Below, piece after piece: positions 59,858 to 64,000 of a DNA stretch of 64,000 nucleotides (position 1 is its first letter; the number at the start of each line of letters is the position of its first letter). The stretch is from an uncultured Bacteroidota bacterium (GTDB taxonomy: Bacteria > Bacteroidota > Bacteroidia > Flavobacteriales > Flavobacteriaceae): NCBI GenBank assembly GCA_937136025.1, contig CAKZOC010000121.1:45121-109120 (forward strand), read 5' to 3'. The notes beneath the pieces were generated by a model. It worked only from the letters and a program-made list of their open reading frames with translations. It was not told where the DNA came from and did no database searches. Position numbers and translations under genes: made by a program.

Positions 59858-60328
59858 ATGAAGTCGAATGAAAAACAGACCCGTATCGATGGTATCGACA
59901 AGAAAATACTGAGATACCTTATGGAGGATGCCCGCACCCCAGTTCTTGAAATAGCCAGAAATATTGGTATTTCGGGAGCGGCTATTCACCAGAGGTTAAG
60001 AAAACTGGAAAAATCGGGTTTATTGACAGGGTCTCGATTTATTTTGAATCCGAAAGCCCTTGGGTACACCACGACGGCCTACATCGGTATATTTCTGGAT
60101 AAGGCCATGAGCAACCCTTATGCCGTCCAACAATTAAAAAAAATCCCCGAAGTCCTGGAATGCCATTACACCACGGGAAACTGGTCTATTCTGATCAAGA
60201 TTCTCTGCCGGGATAACGAGCATCTGATGCAACTCCTGAACAAAAAAATCCAGCAAATTGAAGGGGTTTCCCGAACAGAAACCTTCATTTCGCTGGATCA
60301 GTCTATCGATCGTCAGATTCAGATCTGA
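59858..60328 (+). CDS. Lrp/AsnC family transcriptional regulator
   Basis: IDGIDKKIL..LMEDAR...IARNIGISGAAIHQRLRKLE; RAM domain ECHYTTG...RTETFISL. Confidence 0.93.
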   Translation: MKSNEKQTRIDGIDKKILRYLMEDARTPVLEIARNIGISGAAIHQRLRKLEKSGLLTGSRFILNPKALGYTTTAYIGIFLDKAMSNPYAVQQLKKIPEVLECHYTTGNWSILIKILCRDNEHLMQLLNKKIQQIEGVSRTETFISLDQSIDRQIQI

Positions 60329-60339
60329 CGCCTTTCGCT

Positions 60340-61041
60340 TTAATCCCGGCCCCCGAATACCTGTAAGCCCCAGTACACCAAATTGGCCAAAGCTCCAATA
60401 GCGGCCACCAGATAGGTCCGTGCCGCCCATTTCAAGGCATCTTCAGCCCCACCGTACTCCTGTGGCGTAACCGTTCCGGTTTGCTTTAACCAGACCAGCG
60501 CCCGGTTACTCGCGTCATATTCTACCGGAAGGGTGATAAAACTAAAAAGAGTCGCCAGACCCATCATGATAAGGCCGGCTACCGCAATCCAGTAGCCCAT
60601 CCCTATACCCGCGGCAGCCCCAAGGGCGATACCCCCAAATACGAGCCAGGTAGACATCCCGGAGGTTATACTTACGACAGGGACAAGTCTTGACCGCAAG
60701 GTCAGCCACTCATACGACTTGGCGTGTTGCACAGCATGGCCGCATTCATGAGCCGCAACGGCAGCGGCCGCAGCATTGCGCTGATTGTACACCCCTTCAC
60801 TGAGGTTTACCGTTTTGTTTTTAGGATTGTAATGGTCTGTGAGCATTCCCGGAGTACTGATTACCTTGACATCCCGAATGCCATTATCCGCGAGCATTTT
60901 CTCCGCGATTTCAGCGCCACTCATTCCATTTTGCAAGTGCACTTTGGAATAGTGACGGAACTTATTTTTTAAACGTGAACTCACCCACCAGCTCACAAGC
61001 GCAATTCCTCCAATTAAAATATAATACCCTGTAATACCCAT
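60340..61041 (-). CDS. Putative membrane zinc metallopeptidase (YugP / Zn_peptidase_2 type)
   Basis: LTDHYNP, AHECGHA (HExxH), LPVEYDAS and AARTY motifs. Confidence 0.88.
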   Translation of the reverse strand: MGITGYYILIGGIALVSWWVSSRLKNKFRHYSKVHLQNGMSGAEIAEKMLADNGIRDVKVISTPGMLTDHYNPKNKTVNLSEGVYNQRNAAAAAVAAHECGHAVQHAKSYEWLTLRSRLVPVVSITSGMSTWLVFGGIALGAAAGIGMGYWIAVAGLIMMGLATLFSFITLPVEYDASNRALVWLKQTGTVTPQEYGGAEDALKWAARTYLVAAIGALANLVYWGLQVFGGRD

Positions 61042-61181
61042 AACTTCAGATTTGAATTCTTAAAAATACCAAATTCCAAAGCAAAAACCCCGCCACGACT
61101 CTCAAAAACGTTCTCCTAATGTTTTTACGGAAATACTGTCAGTAGGGGGAATATGCATCTTCCGGGGCAAGCCAGCGTGTT

Positions 61182-62285
61182 TCAGGCAGGAATTCCTTTA
61201 AGAGGGCCAAAAGTATCCAGGATTTCTTGGTAGACTACCTCTCCATGTACGATATTCAATCCCTTTTCCAGGGCCGCATCTTCCGAACAGGCCTTTTCCC
61301 AGCCTTTATCAGCCAGGCGCAGCACATAGGGGAGTGTGACATTCGTCAGGGCAAGGGTGGACGTATAAGGTACAGCTCCCGGCATATTCGCAACACAGTA
61401 GTGTACTACATCGTCTATGATAAAAACAGGGTCCTCGTGGGTGGTGGGTTCAGAAGTCTCCACACATCCCCCCTGATCTACAGCAACATCCACGATCACC
61501 GTACCGGGAGTCATGGACTTAAGCATTTCGCGGGTGATCAGTTTGGGCGCCTTGGCTCCCTTGATCAAAACCCCACCCACAATCAGGTCATGCGATTTTA
61601 TATGTTTTCTAATATTGTATTCATTGGAGAATTCAGTCACAACATGTGGCGGCATGACATCATTGACATAGCGCAATCGCTTCATGTTGACGTCGAGCAT
61701 CGTTACATGAGCTCCAAGGCCTGCAGCCATTTTGGCAGCCTGGATACCCACGACTCCGGCCCCGAGGACCAAAACACGACCTGGAGGTACCCCCGGCACA
61801 CCCCCGAGTAAAACACCCCGCCCTTTGACCGGTTTCTCGAGATACTTGGCGCCCTGTTGGATCGCCATACGTCCGGCAACTTCAGACATTGGCGTCAATA
61901 GCGGAAGGGTCCCCTCCTCATCTTCTACCGTTTCATAGGCGATGCAAATGGCACCCGAGTCGATCATCGCCCGGGTCAGGGTCTCACTGGATGCAAAGTG
62001 AAAATATGTGAATACAATTTGACCTTTACGAATCAGGGGATATTCCGCTTCTATAGGCTCCTTAACCTTAACGATCATCTCACTTCTTTCATAAACCTCA
62101 TGGATGGTCTCGAGAATTTCAGCTCCTACTTTGGCGTAGTCCGCATCTGTAAATCCGCTGCCCAGACCCGCCCCGGATTGTATGAGAACCTCGTGCCCCT
62201 TATGATTGAGTTCGAGCACTCCCGCGGGGGTCATTCCCACCCGGCTTTCGTTATTCTTGATTTCTTTAGGAATCCCAATAATCAT
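61182..62285 (-). CDS. ald: Alanine dehydrogenase
   Basis: GIPKEIKNNESRV, KVKEP, PMSEVAGR, GAGVVG, DVAVDQGG and ANMPGAVP motifs. Confidence 0.97.
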   Translation of the reverse strand: MIIGIPKEIKNNESRVGMTPAGVLELNHKGHEVLIQSGAGLGSGFTDADYAKVGAEILETIHEVYERSEMIVKVKEPIEAEYPLIRKGQIVFTYFHFASSETLTRAMIDSGAICIAYETVEDEEGTLPLLTPMSEVAGRMAIQQGAKYLEKPVKGRGVLLGGVPGVPPGRVLVLGAGVVGIQAAKMAAGLGAHVTMLDVNMKRLRYVNDVMPPHVVTEFSNEYNIRKHIKSHDLIVGGVLIKGAKAPKLITREMLKSMTPGTVIVDVAVDQGGCVETSEPTTHEDPVFIIDDVVHYCVANMPGAVPYTSTLALTNVTLPYVLRLADKGWEKACSEDAALEKGLNIVHGEVVYQEILDTFGPLKGIPA

Positions 62286-62392
62286 ATCGTGTTTCTTTAA
62301 TTTCCGTAAAGATGTATCAAATAAATGTATTTTTCAGAAATAAATCGACAAATGGAGGGGGTTGCCTGTTATATTTATCTATTTTTTACATT

Positions 62393-62420
62393 ATACCCCC
62401 TATTTTATAGGGGGGGGTAT
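62393..62420. other. Stem-loop just downstream of the leuS stop
   Basis: CCCCCTAT-TTT-ATAGGGGG 8-bp stem. There is no U-tract in the leuS direction, so it is not a canonical terminator. Confidence 0.35.
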
Positions 62421-62422
62421 GC

Positions 62423-64000
62423 CTAAAATACAATATTTACAATTTTTCCAGGCACGACAATAACCTTTCGCGGTTCCCGTCCCTCGAGATAGTGAAGGGT
62501 TTGCTCATTACTTAAAACAGCCGCCTCAATGGCTTCCCTGTCGAGCTCCAGGGAAAGGGGCAGTTTAAAGCGCATTTTTCCATTAAAAGAAACAGGATAC
62601 TCCTTGGTGCTTTCAATAAGATACCTGTCCTGGTGAACCGGGTAGGAAGCTTCCACGACACTCTGGGTATGACCGAGTCTTTCCCAGAGCTCTTCAGCGA
62701 TATGAGGGGCATAAGGAGCCACCAGTACAGCCAAAGGTTCCAGTATTTCACGTTCCCGGCATCCCTGGGCGGTGAGTTCATTGACGCAGATCATAAAGGT
62801 GGAGACAGAGGTATTGAACGAAAACGCCTCAATGTCTTCAGTCACCTTTTTAATGGTTTTGTGCAGGCTCTTCAGGTTTTGTGCTGAGGGGGCCTGGTCG
62901 AGTACTTCAAACCCACGGTCGGGACCCTGATGGTACAGCTTCCACAACTTTTTCAAAAACCCGTGAACACCGCTAAGTCCGGCTGTATTCCAGGGCTTAG
63001 ACTGCTCCAAGGGTCCCAGAAACATTTCGTACATCCGAAGGGAATCGGCACCGTACTCCTCACAAATCTGATCCGGATTTACGACATTGTACCAGCGTTT
63101 GGACATTTTTTCCACTTCTCTCCCAACGATATAAACATCTTTCTCGAGAAGGAATTCAGCCGCTTTGAACTGAGGCTGCCATTCCCTTAGCTTTTCAATA
63201 TCCAATTCATCTGAAGCATTCACCAAATTGACATCCACACGGATTTCTTCCACAGGTGTATCCCCGATCAGACCTTTACTCAGATATTGCTGCGTTCCGC
63301 TTTTCCGGTATACGATGGCACTGGTTCCGAGAATCATTCCCTGGTTGATGAGTTTTGAGGCGAATTCCTCGCGCGGCACCCATCCCCTGTCGAACATGAA
63401 TTTCTGCCAGAATCGGGAATACAGGAGGTGACCCGTGGCGTGTTCACTCCCTCCGATATAGAGGTCTACGTCCTGCCAGTACGAAATCGCCTCATCAGAG
63501 ACCAACGCCTCCTGATTCTGCGGATCCATATACCGATTGAAGTATTGGGAACTCCCCGCCCACCCGGGCATGGTGTTGAGTTCCAACGGAAAGACCGTTT
63601 TGTGATCGATGTTCTCATTAGCCACTACCTGTTCCGCCCGGGTATCCCATGCCCAGTGTGTGGCATTGCCCAAAGGCGGCTCCCCGGTCTCCGTAGGGAG
63701 GTACTTCTCCACCTCAGGGAGGTTGAGCGGAAGACAGTGTTCGGGGAGCAGTTGAGGCAACCCGTCCGCATCGTAATACACAGGAAAGGGCTCTCCCCAA
63801 TAGCGCTGTCTGCTAAAAACCGCATCCCTGAGGCGGTAATTGATCTTGCCGGCTCCCTGCCCTTTTTCTTCAAGGGCCTCGATGACCTTCTGGCTGGCTT
63901 CCTTTACAGGCAAACCACTGATAAAGTCCGAATTTGCAATAACCGCGCCGTCCTTTTCTTCAAAGGCTTCCTCCTCCACGGAGACCCCCTCGAATATATT
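62423..64000 (-). CDS. leuS: Leucine--tRNA ligase, 3' part (runs off the right edge)
   Basis: WAGSSQYF, YIGGSEHATGHLLY, KMSKR, YEMFLGPL, PYAPH and IVVPGKIVNIV motifs; frame open to 64000. Confidence 0.97.
   Translation of the reverse strand, partial: NIFEGVSVEEEAFEEKDGAVIANSDFISGLPVKEASQKVIEALEEKGQGAGKINYRLRDAVFSRQRYWGEPFPVYYDADGLPQLLPEHCLPLNLPEVEKYLPTETGEPPLGNATHWAWDTRAEQVVANENIDHKTVFPLELNTMPGWAGSSQYFNRYMDPQNQEALVSDEAISYWQDVDLYIGGSEHATGHLLYSRFWQKFMFDRGWVPREEFASKLINQGMILGTSAIVYRKSGTQQYLSKGLIGDTPVEEIRVDVNLVNASDELDIEKLREWQPQFKAAEFLLEKDVYIVGREVEKMSKRWYNVVNPDQICEEYGADSLRMYEMFLGPLEQSKPWNTAGLSGVHGFLKKLWKLYHQGPDRGFEVLDQAPSAQNLKSLHKTIKKVTEDIEAFSFNTSVSTFMICVNELTAQGCREREILEPLAVLVAPYAPHIAEELWERLGHTQSVVEASYPVHQDRYLIESTKEYPVSFNGKMRFKLPLSLELDREAIEAAVLSNEQTLHYLEGREPRKVIVVPGKIVNIVF

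Noticed and set aside
1-64000. Frequent CCGG/ATCCGG words and short CCGG palindromes in intergenic gaps as a REP family
   Set aside because: They occur equally inside genes and share no longer consensus; this looks like genome-wide oligonucleotide bias (not quantified).
1-64000. tRNA, rRNA, IS/transposase, integrase or prophage genes
   Set aside because: All intergenic gaps are short (under about 360 bp) and I saw no cloverleaf, terminal inverted repeats or such ORFs.

Overview
Gene-dense chromosomal window from a Bacteroidota (Flavobacteriaceae-like) genome. The taxon is inferred from SusC/SusD, T9SS CTD proteins and many TAnnTTTG promoters. I found no rRNA, tRNA, IS or CRISPR. Left part (1-29 kb): a LacI-controlled alpha-glucan/maltose locus (two GH13, GH65 maltose phosphorylase, beta-PGM, SusC/SusD). 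After a strong terminator comes a separately promoted, tightly coupled cassette of three ~1100-aa FG-GAP/ASPIC-UnbV lipoproteins, a lipoprotein vanadium haloperoxidase with iodoperoxidase-type active-site residues and a GyrI-like protein. This is followed by xylB-xylA and a convergent Na+/solute symporter. Middle (29-40 kb): a membrane AraC plus acyltransferase, a GntP-RidA-DSD1-type PLP enzyme operon, and a penicillin-acylase-family gene broken by one in-frame TGA. Right part (40-64 kb): mostly core genes (Fe-S carriers, trmB, PhoB/PhoR-like pair, tyrS, pyrC, pckA, ald, leuS), two tandem CTD-only T9SS proteins and a divergent polyprenol-P-mannose synthase / GT-C pair. Best candidate for an undescribed system: the surface UnbV-propeller + iodoperoxidase-like cassette at 12230-24419. 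All assignments come from motif reading and recall; no database searches were run.
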